Assembly: GCA_020891255.1 (NCBI GenBank)
Contig: BQFW01000004.1
Span: 2,604,001-2,668,000, forward strand
Source: Entomortierella parvispora E1425
Taxonomy: Eukaryota; Fungi; Mortierellomycota
DNA length: 64,000 bases
Direction: 5' to 3'
The position numbers and the translations under genes are program-made. The notes beneath the pieces are model-generated. The model searched no databases. It saw only the letters and a program-made list of their open reading frames with translations, and was not told the origin of the DNA. Below, piece after piece: positions 11,662-25,800 of this stretch (its first letter is position 1; each line of letters starts with the position of its first letter).

Positions 11662-13750
11662 AAAAAATATAAAAAACCGGAGCGAACAAGAGTCTGAATT
11701 TTTTTTTTTTTGCGCCACCAAAAAAAAATTCAGTGCCAGAATGTTGGCCCATGGTCAATTGCATGTGTAGGAAGAACGATAAATCTATTTTGAAATTGAG
11801 AACGGGCCGAATGGAGTTTGGGCGAGGGAAAAGTAAACCGTCGTTGACGCCTTTGGATGGGCATGGATAGACTACCGCAGGTACATTTACTTGGAGCAGG
11901 ACCATTTGAAAAAAAAAAAAAAAAAAAAAAAGTGGACGAGAGCCAACGCTCAGTTGAAAATCTGAGCAATCATCTCCTGTGTTTTTTTCTCTTTCTTTTC
12001 AAGGTCTTTTCTGAACTTGTGTCCTTTACAGAAAGGATAATGCATCGCTCTCATTTAGGTTTGTTATAGTGCAGCCTTACCCTTTAGGGAGGGGAGGTGG
12101 GGCAGAAGTGGCGAAACAGAAAAAAAAAGCTGAGATCGCATCGTCCCAACGGCGAGAGGAGCGGGAAAGCAGTTTTTGTCGGACCATGTCCGCAATTGCG
12201 GCGCAGATGATACATGGGTGTGCGAACATTAAAAAGAATAAAAAAGGGAAAAAGCTCTTGAGATGGAAGGGAACCAGTTGATTTTATTTCTTCACCTGCT
12301 GTTGCTTACCTCAATGCTTATTTTCGAAAGGGCGACTGGAGGGTTTGGAATTTAAAATATTCGGAATTATTGTTTGTGGTATGTTGTTGTTCGTAGGGCA
12401 GCGGTCAGGCAAATTCTCAGCAGCTTGATCGGGATAGGTATAGTAGCTGGAGGGGGATAATTGGCGTCTGCGACTTTGAGGGTGCGGAGCAAACTCAGGG
12501 GTGTAATAACAAGATGAAAGAGTGAGAGAGAGAGACAGAAGAGTACAAGAGGAATGAGAGAGGAGGGAAAGAACAGAGCAGCAAAGAACAAGGTCAAATT
12601 GCGGTCGTACAGAAGCAAGAGTGTCTGGCGAGAGCAGCACGATGGAGAATCATCACTCTCAGGCCATGGGCACAGCGTGGACACAAGGACACAAGGGAAG
12701 GCCAGCAGAGCGTGCAAGTCCAAGAGGACGCGAGGCGAGGGAGCCAAGAAGAATGAATGAATCAGACAGAGGGGAAATTAAAGCAAAAAACAATGAAAAA
12801 GACGAATGGCCTCGGCAAGGCAGACTGAGGGAGAGAGAGTGTGAGAGTCGGCCGTACGAGCCGCCAGGTACCCGCGACGAAACAAGGTCTTTCATTCAAC
12901 GAAGCAGCGGACTGACCACTCGCACACTCAACTCTCTTTCACACTCGCTCTCCTTCACACTCTTTTTTTCCCACTCGCGCGCATCATCTCGCCTCTCTTC
13001 TTCTTCTTTCCATCATCATCCGCCCCGGGGCATCTGCCATCTTGCCTTCCCGCCTTTCATCCCTTCTTCCCTCCAATCCATCCCTCGCCCTCCCCTCGCT
13101 TCTTTCCCTCTTCCCTCTTCCCTCTTCCCATCTCTTTTCCCGCCCTTAGTGTTCATAGTGTCCAGGAACAGGGTCTGCATCCTCTCTTTCCAATCTCTCC
13201 CTCCCTCCCTCCCCCCTCCCTCCCTCACTGCACGCTTCCATCCATCTCCATCCTCTCCACTCTCGTTCATTGGACCCACAGACGGATGGTACGGCCCTGA
13301 AGCTACTTCCTCCTGCTTCTCCTCACTCCAATCAACCAACGCCCTCGGCCGTTGGATAACATCGCTATTCGCTATTGCCACGAACGCCTCCGCTTCTTGC
13401 TCCCAGTTTACGGCATCCTTGCTAACGCTTTCTCGCTCTTCTCCCTCGCTCTGCCTCCTCCTCGGACCCCTGAACATCAATTGCCTTATTGTTCCACATT
13501 TCACCTTTCCACATTCTGCCATCTTGATCCCTCATTTCCACACCTTTCCCCGTCTTTCCACCACAACCATATCCACAGCCATCAAGGACGACGAAAGTAT
13601 AACAGTAGAGTTGACAGCAGTACCACCATCCATCCGCCCTCTTGTATGGTACCACAGCCTTCTACTGCTTACATCGCCTCCCCTTTCTATCGACAAAGAA
13701 GGACCATCCCTCCTCTCACTACTCCGAGACCCTAGCCCGATATATACAAT

Positions 13751-15734
13751 ATGGCTTCATCTCCAGGACCGGGTCACATCTCCCCAAACGCCAACCATAA
13801 CCTTACCCCCAGCCTAAATGGTATCCAACAGAGCGGTCGGAGCAGTAACAGCCCTGGCCTCGTCAACGGATCCAGGCAACGAGTGCAGTTCAACGAGCAT
13901 CAACAGGATGCGATCGTTCCTGCCTCGGATCAAGAGCTAGAGGACGACAGCACAGACGAGGATGAAGACTATAATTCATACATGCAGGAACAAGAGCATA
14001 AACAGCTGCACCATCATCACCCACACCACCAACAGCAGCAGTATGATTCGGGTGATGAAGGCGAAAACGAGGCCGACTTGGATTATCACCATGGTCATCA
14101 GCAACAGAACCAGCAACAACAACAAAGGCCGCATCATCATCAACATCAACAGCTCCAGCAGATCCAACAACAGTATCAGCTGCAGCAACAACAGCAGTTG
14201 CATGCTTACAAGACCCAGGCCATGAATATTCAACAGTTGCTCCGACGCGATCTCCAGAACCCAGACCACGATATGAACGGGACCGATAGTCACGAGGAAG
14301 AAGAGTTTTACAACCAGAACCCTCAGCACGATCCTCTTCGCCAGCGTGAGATGGATATGGAGTTACTACAGGAGCAAGTCCGTCACGACGATCCACTCGA
14401 GGACGACGAAGACGAGGACGATTTCGATGAAGACGACGAAATGGACCATGAAGGCGAGGAAGATCAAATGGACGAAGACATGCTCGACGACGAGGACGAC
14501 GAGGAAGGCTCCGAGACCATGTCCTTGACCGAAGATGACATTGACTTCAACTTGGTCTATGCCTTCCACACCTTTGTGGCTACTCAGGAGGGTCAGGCCT
14601 CAGTCGTCAGAAACGATTCATTAATGCTCCTTGAAGACGCCAACGTCTACTGGTGGCTGGTCAGAGTCCTGAAGACAGGAGTCATTGGTTATATCCCTGC
14701 CGAAAATATTGAGGTAACAGAAAGCTTCTGCCTTGAAAACGACGATAGTTGCTTGAAACAAAGGGGGGCCATGTTCCTTTGTGCTGGGAAAAGGGTTGAT
14801 TTTTCGAGAGTGAAGCAGTGTCCGCAGATTTGTTTATTTTGAATGCCGCATGCCATCTGACTACAAAAAAAAAATCGAATGATCATAGACACCTTTCGAG
14901 CGATTGGCAAGACTCAACACCTATCGCAACGTGGCGCTTTCTGCACCTTCGCCTGAATGGGGTACCTTTGATGAGCACATTGAGCCCCTGGACCCTGCTG
15001 TCCTGGAACAAAGAGCTTCCAATCGGAGATCTGTCATTTTCACAACCCAGAACGAGTTCTTGGAAGCAAGCGAAACCGAATGGACCGCCGAAGAGGACGA
15101 GGAAGGTGACTGGTACGAAGACGAGCTCGAAGATGACGAAGAGGAAGATGACGAAGAAGAATTCGAGGACGATGGTGAAGGTGAACATGACCATGAAGCT
15201 GAGGAGGATCACATGGATGCCGTTGAATCATGGCAGGACGACCATGCCCATTCAAACGTGCATGACGACGCTATGGCTGACGAAGATGAAGACGAGGCAG
15301 AGAGAGTTGCTCTTCAGTTGGAGGCTCAAAGGGTTCAACAAGAAATCATGGAGGATCAAAGAAAGATGCAGGCTATTGCAGCAAACCGATCCACACCCAA
15401 CTCTGCTGGCACTCTCACCTCCTCAGTAGCAGCGCTGCAGCATGGCCACCAGAACCACAGGGCTGAAGAGGAAGAAGAACAAGATGAGGACATGGAAGAT
15501 GTCGAGGACGGAGAAGTTCAGGTGACGAACCGTTACCGCAAACCTCTCTTGGATGAGGATGACCTCTTATTTGCCAACGCCGAACCTCGAGTTATTTCAC
15601 TTACTCCTCCAATTGCCCGCGACGACTCGATTATTTCTCGTGTCCAAACCCCTCCCGGCAAACCAAGAAACCTGCGACTTGCAGAAGAATCAATCAAACC
15701 ACAACCGCAAATGCAGGCTCAACAACGGCTCCAG

Positions 15735-15773
<39 letters not shown>

Positions 15774-18700
15774 GGATCAAGTGGATTGGGAGCAAAGTCA
15801 TCCGATAGTCCAAATGCAGCCGTTCGATCCGCCAGTTTCGAGGCCGAAGAAGAAGAAAGGGAGCAGCAAAAAGTGAGAGCAAATATGCAAAAATCCGAGT
15901 CAAAACTTCAGGCGATTCTTGGCAACAAATCCCCCGAACCCATCATCACCAAAAAGTCAAAGGACGCTCAGGAGCAGGTCGTGTCTCCAGTGGTGACCAA
16001 AAAGCCAGGAAAGTTCAAGAGTCTCTTTGGTGTTGGCAAGAGCAAAGACAAGGAGAGGAAAGAAAAGGAACGTCTGGAGAAAGAAAAGCTAAAGAGTCAA
16101 GCCAAACCGTCTCAGGCTCAATCTCAATCCAGCAGTGGTGGCATTGGCAACAACCTTTTCCGAGCCAGATCCAACTCAAATGGGTCCTTTGGATCAAGTG
16201 CGGCCGGTTCATCTTCGACGACCGCAGTCTCAACACCCACAGTGGACAAGACTGAAGCTCCACCGCAACAAGAGATCCTAACTCTTAGAGTGTACCCAGG
16301 AAATGTTGACTTTGGTGCGTCCATGTACAAGACTGTGGTCGTGACACCCGCGACCATGGCCTCGGATGTGGCCCACCAAGCCGTAGTCAAGTTCAGACTG
16401 GCACCAGATGGCACAGCCTCTACAGGAGACTTTTTCTTGACCGTGCGTGGAGTCGATGGAGGTAAGACGTCTTTGATATTTAATGAAATTCTGGAAAAAA
16501 AATTGGATGAATATTAACAACAAATAATTCCCTCCCTACCATAGACGAAACCGTTTTGCAGGCCACAGACAAGCCAATGGCCATCTACCAATCGCTTACA
16601 GCCCATTTGACGACGCCCTTGCCCACGAACCATCGTCTCTCCATTTCGTCCGTCTCCTCCATGATGTCCGTCGCCTCGACAGGATCCAACAGTAACGGCA
16701 GCACCCCCTCGACCCCTAACGGACCACCTGGCCAGCAAACCTTGCGCCGCACTGGATCTGGAAGGTCCGAGCCTCAACAAAAGTCTATCCGGTTCCTCCT
16801 GAACAAGAAGATTCGTCGCGCCGGATCTATCACGGCTGGGTCCTCGATGCCCTCGACTCCAACTACCCCTACAACCCCGGTCCAGGATGATCTCTTCTGG
16901 GTGAAGGTTATCTGCCAAGCCCAGGATTTGCCCCAGTCAATGTTGCTCCTCGAGGGTATGACCACTGCGATGGAAAAGTCGGACCCCAAGGCACATGGAC
17001 AGTCGGTTGCTACAAAAGTTGAACAGTGGGTTCCTATGCACGCGACCTCGAACGCAGGCGACGTGATCTTTAGGACCCTTGAGAAAATTGGCATCAAATG
17101 CGGAGTTGTCGACGGTGTGCCCGAGCACGTCCTCACGGCCAAGAGAGCAACTGTTCCCAATGGACTGGTGATTGAGTATCAATTGGGATTGAAGTTGGTC
17201 GGAAACACGTCTCGAAAGTACAAGCAAGGAGACGAAGTCCCTCTTCCGCCTCAAATGCCACTTCAGCGCTGTTTTGAAGAACACCAGCTCACGCCTGTGC
17301 GGAGATCGCCCAAGGCAGATGTTGCCTCTATGCCATTGCATACCGACCATGTGTTCCTTCTTCGCAAGGCGACCAAGAGTCTTCAGGCCGAGATGCGGTT
17401 TGTTCAAGAGCAGCTTCAGCTGCAACAGCAACGGCCCCGCACGACGCCCGCACCTCTTCGGACTTCAGGCTCGGATCCATCCTTGTCGTCTAGGCCCGCT
17501 TCTGGCATCGTCACACCTTCCTCGCCAGGGCATCACGCTCGGACATTCAGTGCTGCCTCTGTGAATAACCGTTTGACTCAGGGCAATGGTGGAGCAGGGT
17601 CACCCCCTATTCGCGTCCCACGCCGGACAGATTCTGTGATTATGAGCTCGACAAGCCCTATTATTCGAGGCAACTCCTTTGACAACAGCTCTGGAAGACC
17701 CAGTCCCACCTTGTCTGCCCAGAGTCTGATGACTTCACAACAAGCCCAACCTGCTCAGCTTTCAAGGACGCCTACTCCTGATCGCCACCAACATGTCCGG
17801 ACACGGTCTCCAAGTATCAGTCAGGGATCGCCTCCAGCTTTAGCCCGTCCCTTGCAGGCACCCTCGCCTGCACCCTCCAACCAGTCCGGTCAAGCGGATC
17901 AACAACAGGAAGGATCACGGTCGTCAACCCCTGAGCGGTCATCTCGTTTGGATCGTCCAGATCGACAGAGGGCCACCTCTCCATCTTTGACCCATGGACC
18001 TTCTCCCCTCTCCATGTCTGCTGTCATGCTTCAAAAGGATTCAAACAGTCCTGTAACCGAAGAGAAGGAGGAGAGAGGACCTCCCCAGTCCTTGAATGTG
18101 TCCATGACTTCGCCTCCAAACAGCCCCATCTCCTTGCAACGGAGAATTAGCACGGATGCCGAGGTCCAAGTTGCGTCGGTCAGTTGTGTTGGCACAGTTG
18201 CTAGGAACCAATCGCCCATGCCCACAGTAGTCCAAGTTGAGAACAGTCAAAACAGGGGTAGCCCAACAGGCCCCGGCACGCCTCCACCAGGACGATCATC
18301 TCCTGGACGGTCTTCTCCCGGACGGTCTTCTCCTGCCTCCCCGTCAGCCTCTTCAGCAGCCGCTGCGGCCGCTGCAGCTGCAAAGGCAATGATGATGTCG
18401 ACAGTCGGTTCATCGATGCAACAGGGACCGCGGTCGTTGTCTCCTTTGCCAAGGCCTCTCAGAACCCCCTCACCAGCAGTCATGGTGGGTCAACAGCAAG
18501 CGCCACAGGCCCTGCCTCACCAGCTCTCTATTCAGACCAATGTCTTTAGTGGCGCAGGTGGACTCTCCTCGGCCTCGTCGTCCTCTGGGCCTTCGTCCGC
18601 AGGTGTGTTGGATACGCCCAGCAGGAACAACAGTTTAGGCGGTCGAAGTCGCTCAGCCAGTACCAGTGCGGCCGAGATCTCTCGGTCAGGCTCCACGTCG

Positions 18701-19606
18701 TCCAGAGGACCAGTCAGTCCAGGAGGACCCAATGGTTCGAGCGCGGGCCAGGACCCATGGCTTCTCATGTCGGATTACAACACGGGCATGCAAGACTTGC
18801 TGACGTTGGTGCGTGGTGGACGGTCGAGCTCTGTCTCCTCTCAGGGTCCCAAGGGCATTAACAGTGCCCCGTCTTCATTGCGAGGTGGATTTCGTTTCCA
18901 ACAGGTCGTCTCTCAGGACAGGAGCCAGACCATGTCTTCACCCCCACCGTCTCAAGAAGGATCGACCATATCGACCCCGCCCAGTAGTAGCCGGACGCGT
19001 CAAATCTCACAGCCTTCATCACATCAGGTTTCGCCTGCACTCTCGCACTCTTCTTTGTACAACAACAACAACAACACTCTTGCTTCAAATCAGCAACCAA
19101 GGAACTCTAATAAGGATACCCCAGCTCATGACAATGCCCTTGATGACTCTCAATTCCAAAACACGCATGCCCACCAACAACAATTCCTCGACAAAGTCAA
19201 CACAACGCTTAATGACACCCAATCTAATGCACTGGGAGACGTCGATGCCGAGACCTTTTCGTCTTCCAACGCCCACCACAGCGACCCCTCTAGTCCTCCA
19301 ACCCACAACGCCACTTCCCCCAACTCGACCTCGTGGTCACGGATATGGACGCGCACAGATAGACGGCTATGGGAAGTCCGTGAGGACTGCCATCCAGAAG
19401 TCTACGAGTGCTGGCAAGGTGTCGATGCTGATCTGGACAAGGTTGAGAAGGTATGTCGTTCTGACAAAGGATTTTTTTTTTTTTTTTTTTTTTTTTTGGT
19501 TTGTGTTTCATTCTTGTTCTTGTCGCTGACTCTATCGTCCGCTTGCTCTCTCTTTCAATAGGAACTTGACTCTCTGCTGGCCACAGTCAAGGCTATCACC
19601 TTTTAG
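13751..19606 (+). CDS. Tea4/Bud14-like SH3 cell-polarity protein (SH3, RVxF PP1-docking motif, Ras-association-like region), 4 exons
   Basis: Exons 13751-14713, 14889-16461, 16545-19450, 19562-19606. SH3 IDFNLVYAFHTFVATQEGQASV...YWWLVRVLKTGVIGYIPAENIE is followed by the family signature TPFERLARLN. Also RRSVIFT, LRVYPGNV...YKTVVV, and C-terminal LDKVEKELDSLL. Confidence 0.88.
15732..15773 (+). repeat. (CAG/CAA)n poly-Gln tract in the Tea4-like gene
   Basis: CAGCAGCAACAGCAGCAACAGCAACAGCAACAGCAGCAGCAA (14 Gln). Confidence 0.95.
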
Positions 19607-19844
19607 AAATGAAACATAGAAATCCCCAAATAGCAAACTTACCCTCCACCCGCCCACCCCCCAAAAAAAGGACATTTTAAATATATTCATTTTTGCAAAC
19701 CAACAAAAAGTTCAAAGGTTTGATGTGGACGCTGGTGATGGGCGGAGGAGGGGGGGGGGTACTTTTATTATCATCCAATATGAAGTAGAAATGGGGATGG
19801 AGCGTGAAAAAAGGAGCATCCTGGAGTCTTCTTCCCTCCAAATG

Positions 19845-22800
19845 TCAGATCATAACATTTCTCATAAACTCGATCAGTCTCTCTGCATACCGACCGGGCT
19901 CTTCCACAGAGACCTCGGCCGTTTGCGAGATGGAAAGTGGGTACGATGATTGTCGACCTTGCTGCTGTTGCTGTTGTTGCTGTAAAGTCAAAATGGATTG
20001 CACGGACGGAGGTGAAGTCGAAAACGATCCCTGTCGGGAATGATGCAGAACCGGATCCGTCATGGTCGTCGCCATCGTTGGTTGGCCCAACGAAACACTG
20101 CCACCACTCATGGAAGAGGAATCTCTCAGGTCAAAGGAAAGTCTCGAATCCCGACTTCGGCCACTCTGATGACTTTGTTGGCTCGAATGACTGTATTGAC
20201 TGTATTGACTCAACCGTGATCCCAGGTTCGATTTCTGGATGGCAGCCAGAGCGGTCGTCGCTGCGGTGCCGCTGCTGGTCGCTGTGATCGAAGAGGACCG
20301 CGTGCGAAGTCTCGGCGTGAATGAAGATGAGGACGAGGAGGAAGATTGGGACGGTGATGAAGTCAGTGCGCGATTCACGGCCCCTGCACCGGTGGCAGCC
20401 GAGCCCACTGTATCGTCCAAGGAAGCGTGTCCGAAAGGGGGTGACAAAAGCGTTCCTTCCTCTTGACTGATTCGTTTGGCTGATGAGGAAAAGGGGACAG
20501 GTAAAGCTGGAAGGGGCGGCGAGGAGGATGATAAGGTGTCCAAATCCAGAGAAGGTCGTGAATGTGGAACAGGCATCGACAGGGTCTTTTCATTGGATGC
20601 AAAGATACGCCCAGTTCCAGGAGCTGAATAGTCGGCATCCTCCAACAAGACTGAAAGCGTGTGATGGGTAGCGAGACTGGGCATGGTCGGCGCTGAGGAA
20701 GATGAAGAGGCGGCCTCGAGTGCAGCTGGGAGAGAAGGCTCGGAGGCTGAGGCCATCGGTAAGAACGGATAAAAGGAAGATGTCGAGAACGACCGTCCAG
20801 GGTGGGCAAGAGCTACAGGCGTCGATGGAGGATTGTTGGGAAGATTCGATCCAGCTGTTCCATGGCCTGAGGGTGCACCGCCCGAGCCCAGGAGAGCCCC
20901 CTTCACGTTACGCTCGAACCACTTGACCAAGTTGTACCTTTGCAAAATGTCTACCATCCCGAAATAATAAATGATCTCGAATTCTTCCTCATCTTCCAGT
21001 CCAACACTGGCAATCCCGTTTGACCAGCTAACAGTTGCATTCTCGTTGTTGGGGACCGCTGGAGTCAAAGGTGTGTCTGGCTGAGGATGGATTGGATTGT
21101 TCGACATGGAGGCTGAAGGGTCATGGCTCCTGTCAGAAAGAGCGTTCCTCGAGTCCTTAGAACCGGACGCGGCAAGCTGTCGTCCTGATGTCCCTTGAGC
21201 CTGCAGATTTCTCGGCTTGTATCGAACAGTCTGAAATGCGTCCGGGTCCAACATTGCCTCAGCCTTGGCCTTGGCTCGCTTTGAGAACCTGGACTTGCCT
21301 CGAGTAGTTGCATCCAAGTCAATCTCTGGCAAGACCTCGGCATTCGTCTGTAAGGTTGTCAGTTCCACGACGCGCTCTTGGGAAGGAGTCTTTTTGTCCG
21401 CATCGGCCAGGCTCGACTTTGTGATAAGATCCTCTCCAAAAGAATAAATCTCCTGCAGAGCCTCCTGTGCTTTGATCCCCAGCTCCTTCAAGTAGACAAA
21501 GGCTTCCTGGTTCCAGAGGTCGGAAATGTTGACCACAAATCCAAATTGACTCACTGTTTCCTGGGTGGATGGATTGGCCTGGACATTCTCAGGGCTACTT
21601 TTGACAGACTCAATGACAGAGAGGCCATCCTCGTCGCTTTCCATGTTGCTGTTGTCAGCATCTGAGCCCCGAGAGGATCTTGAGCCTCGCCGACTGCTGG
21701 CCACGGATGACGCCTCACTAACGTGCTGCTGCTCTTTGACTTTGCGGACCTTACGGATACCAACAAGCATACTAGTAGTTTTCAAAAGCAAGAGCGAAAA
21801 TCACGTTAGGCGCAAAATGCCTTACAGATTGAGTATCTTACTGCAAGTTGTCAGATTCCTGCTCTTACCTGTAATCCATAAATCCGTGTTTGCGCAACAA
21901 AACAGTATCTTCTTCCAATTGAGCAAGCAGCTCCTGCTTTCTCACCGATCCAACGTGAATTAACCTTGTCTCGCCAGTATAAATGCGGTTCTGGAAATCT
22001 ACCTCCTTGAGCGTCATATGGCTAATATCATCTGCTTCCGTTCCTGAGGTTTTTTCTTGGCTCGTCAGATTCGGAGAAGGGGTGGAAGCCTTTGAACTCG
22101 AATCGCCTCTCAAGAAACTGAACCTCGAAAAATCCGCACTACTGTTGCCAGACTGATCAAATTCAAAGCTGTTTCGTCCTCCTCGGAGCTGTTGTGATTG
22201 CTGTTGCTGTAATGGAAGAGTCTGACGACCGACATTCGAGCCCTTAAAGTCGTATCGTTCATTGATCACTTCAGGAGTATCAAATACATTCGCCAAGACC
22301 ACTACTACAAATTTGGTAGGCAGACCATCATCCTTGCCAGAGAGCAACGTCCCATTAAGATGTAACCGTTGTGCTGTCGAATTGTCGCTCTTTCCAAGGA
22401 GTCCTGCTCCAGATCGGCTGCCTGAGCCTTGCTCACGATCACCCCCGTCACCTAATCCAGAAGACCCTGACTGGCCACTATTGTAAGCCTTAGAGACAGT
22501 TGTACGTTCAAATGTGTACATTCCCAGATACCGCGGCAAAAGCGTGTTCGGATTCTTTTGAACGTGAACCAGGTAGTCACTTAGGAAGCCCTTCAAGTTT
22601 TCCGGTTCTGATCCTCGGAGCGTCTTGAGCAAAAATCGTCCATGGTTGTGGGATGCAAAAAAGATGGCACCTGATTTTCCAGGTGTCTTCATGACCGTCA
22701 TTGGTTGAGAAAGGGCCTCGTCCATGTCAGCAAGAGTGTACTGGAACTGTTCTCGAATGGCATGAAAGACCTGTGGGGCATGGTCTATAAACTTGACACG

Positions 22801-25800
22801 TCCATAAGAGGGAATATTCCATTCGTGCACTTGATCCACTGTGAAATAGTATCGGTCCAGTACAGCTGCCAACGAGTTCGGGAGTGCAAGTGGGCGGGGA
22901 ATGGTGGCGCTTGGTGGCGGGAACATTGGTGAAGGCATTGAGCCGCCGGAGAGGAGCATGGGTGTTGTAATCTTGAGGGGCGCTACATGCTTACGAGCCT
23001 CACCTACGGTCTTTTGATACCCTCCTGACCCACTGGCCAGCTCGGATGCTTTTGTTGCTCTAAAAGAATCCGGTCGAGGGGCTGATTCTGGTCCAGAGAC
23101 AGAGACTGTGGAAGAGCGCAAGTGTTGCTGAAGTCCTGGGTCGATTTCTCCCAAGTTTGAAGTGGTTTTGCTGCTGGGCTGCATCCAAGAGGCTAACGAC
23201 GGCAAGGATGACGCTGGCATGGCCTTTTCAAAGAATGTTGTTCTTCTGAGGTGGATAATCTCCCCACTAGAGTCTGTCTCTATTCCAGCCCCCGAACGCT
23301 CCATTTGATCCCGAGCTCGCCTTGCAGCATCCGCAGGATTGGAGAAATATCCGCCAAAGCTAAGGGCAGATTTGCGTCGATCCTGTTTAGAGGGCGAGTT
23401 CACATTGCTCTGCCCCAGCATCAGAGCCATCGAACTCTCAGTTTCGTCCGAAGGAGGATCGGCCATACTGGAGCGCCATGTCACTTCGTTGCGGATAGGG
23501 GAGGGGGCCGAAGCTTGTTGCTCCTGTCCCGACTCCACTGAAACTCGCTTGGAGGATAGAGGACTTCCCATGTCCTTGGGTGGGGACATCATTCCATAGT
23601 CGCGGTAGTTGGGTGAAGACACGAATTCGCTGAAGTCCTCCTGAGCAATAATATCCTGGGGTTCACGGGTTGGGCGTTGACCAATGGGGTCCCCCCTATT
23701 GGATCTGGATGACGACTCTGTAACAGACTTTGACCGCGTCAATGATGAGCTAGCAATTGGTACGCCTTTTGTCGGACTGGACGGTGAATTATCCAGGCGT
23801 TGCGATAGAGTGAGTCCATCGACTCCTCTTCTCTTTGACTCCCGTTCTCGGGTGCGGGTAAAATCCCCAAATGATGCCATCTCCGGATCTGCTGTTTCAG
23901 TAGACACTGATGTTGTCGTGTTCGCCTTACTCTGTTGCGCTGTGTACATGAACTGGTTCACCTTTGACTGCACTGTCGAAACTTCAGCTGCTGCGGCCGG
24001 ACTCTTGGCAGATGATCTCCTGGCCAAGCCAGGCAAAGCATGGATATACGCTGGAGAGGAAGAGGAGGTGGGCGAATTGGGTGCTGTCTCTGGCGGGGTC
24101 TGGAACGCGACTGGCGTCTGCTGGGTCTGTGGATTTGTGCTAGGTCCTTGCTGGGATGACATTTGATCATCACTGAGAAGACTGAGGACACTGCTGCCAA
24201 AGGACGGCATAGCCAAGCCAAATGACGGGGCTGATGAGGTCGAAACTGGTCGAGACGCCAGGCTGGTGTCTGACAGTGTGCGGGAGGCACCACCGACAAT
24301 CCCATCTGCTTGGTAGACTGTGTTCCTGGATAGACTGCTTGGCCTTGGCTCTCCAGTGACAACCCTTCGAACCTTGCTCCAAAGACGCGACTGTCTGGAT
24401 GAAGATGGTGCCGTTTCTTCTGCTTCTGCGACCGTTAGCTCAAGGCGTGGATGTTGACTCTGGCCCCGTTGTACAGGTTGAGGTTGAGGACGAAAACCAT
24501 CCATGCGGATATCTCCCTTCTCGACGGTTTCTGCACTTGCTGTGTTCATATGTGGTACGTCTCCAAGTCTGGAAACATTAGTCAGAGTGGAGCGACGTGG
24601 CCGCGGAATGACCTCGCTTATTTTCACGCTGGGCTGCGGCTGTATTGTATACCTGTCGGTCCTGCTGTCGGTCCTTTCCCTGTCTAAAAGAGGCGAAGGC
24701 AAAGGTCGCTCGGGTGACCCAAACCCACGCACGATCAAAGGGGGTGAGGCTATCCTAATCCTGTCATGTCGTTCGGTTGGGAGCTGCACGTTGTCCTCTG
24801 ATCGAATAGAGGCTGTGTCTGTTCCCTTTGTTGGCTCGATGGGCAAAGGTGGTCGCAGCTTATGAGGTTCTGAAGCTGGCTCTGAGCTCATGAACTGTTC
24901 TGGTGGATTGGGCAGGGTTGGATGCACAATATTGATCCTGCCCACGTCCAGCGAGTCCCGAATCGATGGCAGATGGGTAGAACTCTTGCGGGCTAGTGGC
25001 GCCATTTGCGACACAAGGTTATTCCAGTGACCCATCCCTTGACTCGCTGCTTTCAAGTCCATGGTCTCGGGACCGACGCTTGTAAAGTGCAGAACCGACT
25101 TTATGGCATGTCGAAGATGCCTCGATAGCACTGGCTCCATAGACTCCAAGAGCACCGTCTGTGCCCACTGCCGCTTCATGTGGTGGTCCTTCCATCGGGA
25201 TTCTGCGTCTAGAGGTATGGTTTCAGGTCCAACCCCTATTGACTGCTGCCGCTGATGATGGGCAGTTGAAGGTGTCGCCCCGAGCCTGTTTTCCTTGGGT
25301 GCCATCGAGTTGGATTTGAGGGAGAGAGGAAGTGGTTTTCTACTGTTGATAGCACGGACACTGCTCTTGCCTCGGATACTCTTCCTGCCTGCTTTGGGTT
25401 TTTTAGGTGTTGTGCCATTCTGGAGCAGCAGAGTAGCGGCTGAAAGAGGATCCGACTCTGTCGCCTTTAATAGTCGATTTTGGTGATGCTGCGCGCTTTG
25501 GTCGGATTGCTTTGACCTCGTGAGGCTTTTGCGAGTTGTGGAATGAGGCAAAGTGGGTTGTGATGTAGGTGGGGGATGAACAGAGGCTGATGAAGGGGGA
25601 GATGGAGGTGGAGGAGCTGTGAGTGGAGATGATATGGTGCCCTTGTCAATCAGGCTTTCTTTGTGCTTTGATCTGTTGGTGTAATGTTTTTGTAATAGGC
25701 TAGCGGGGAGCAAACAGAGGAGGATGGGTGAGTTCCTGGCCTTCCGCGGGAAGGAACATGTAGGGGGAGTAGGTGAAAGCGAAGGGATCAAGATGTACCT

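Noticed and set aside
12621-13817. 398-aa minus-strand ORF, plus overlapping ORFs such as 13016-13522
   Set aside because: These arise from the purine/pyrimidine-skewed low-complexity leader and promoter of the Tea4-like gene. No domain is present and the composition is biased to Ser/Leu/Pro/Phe.
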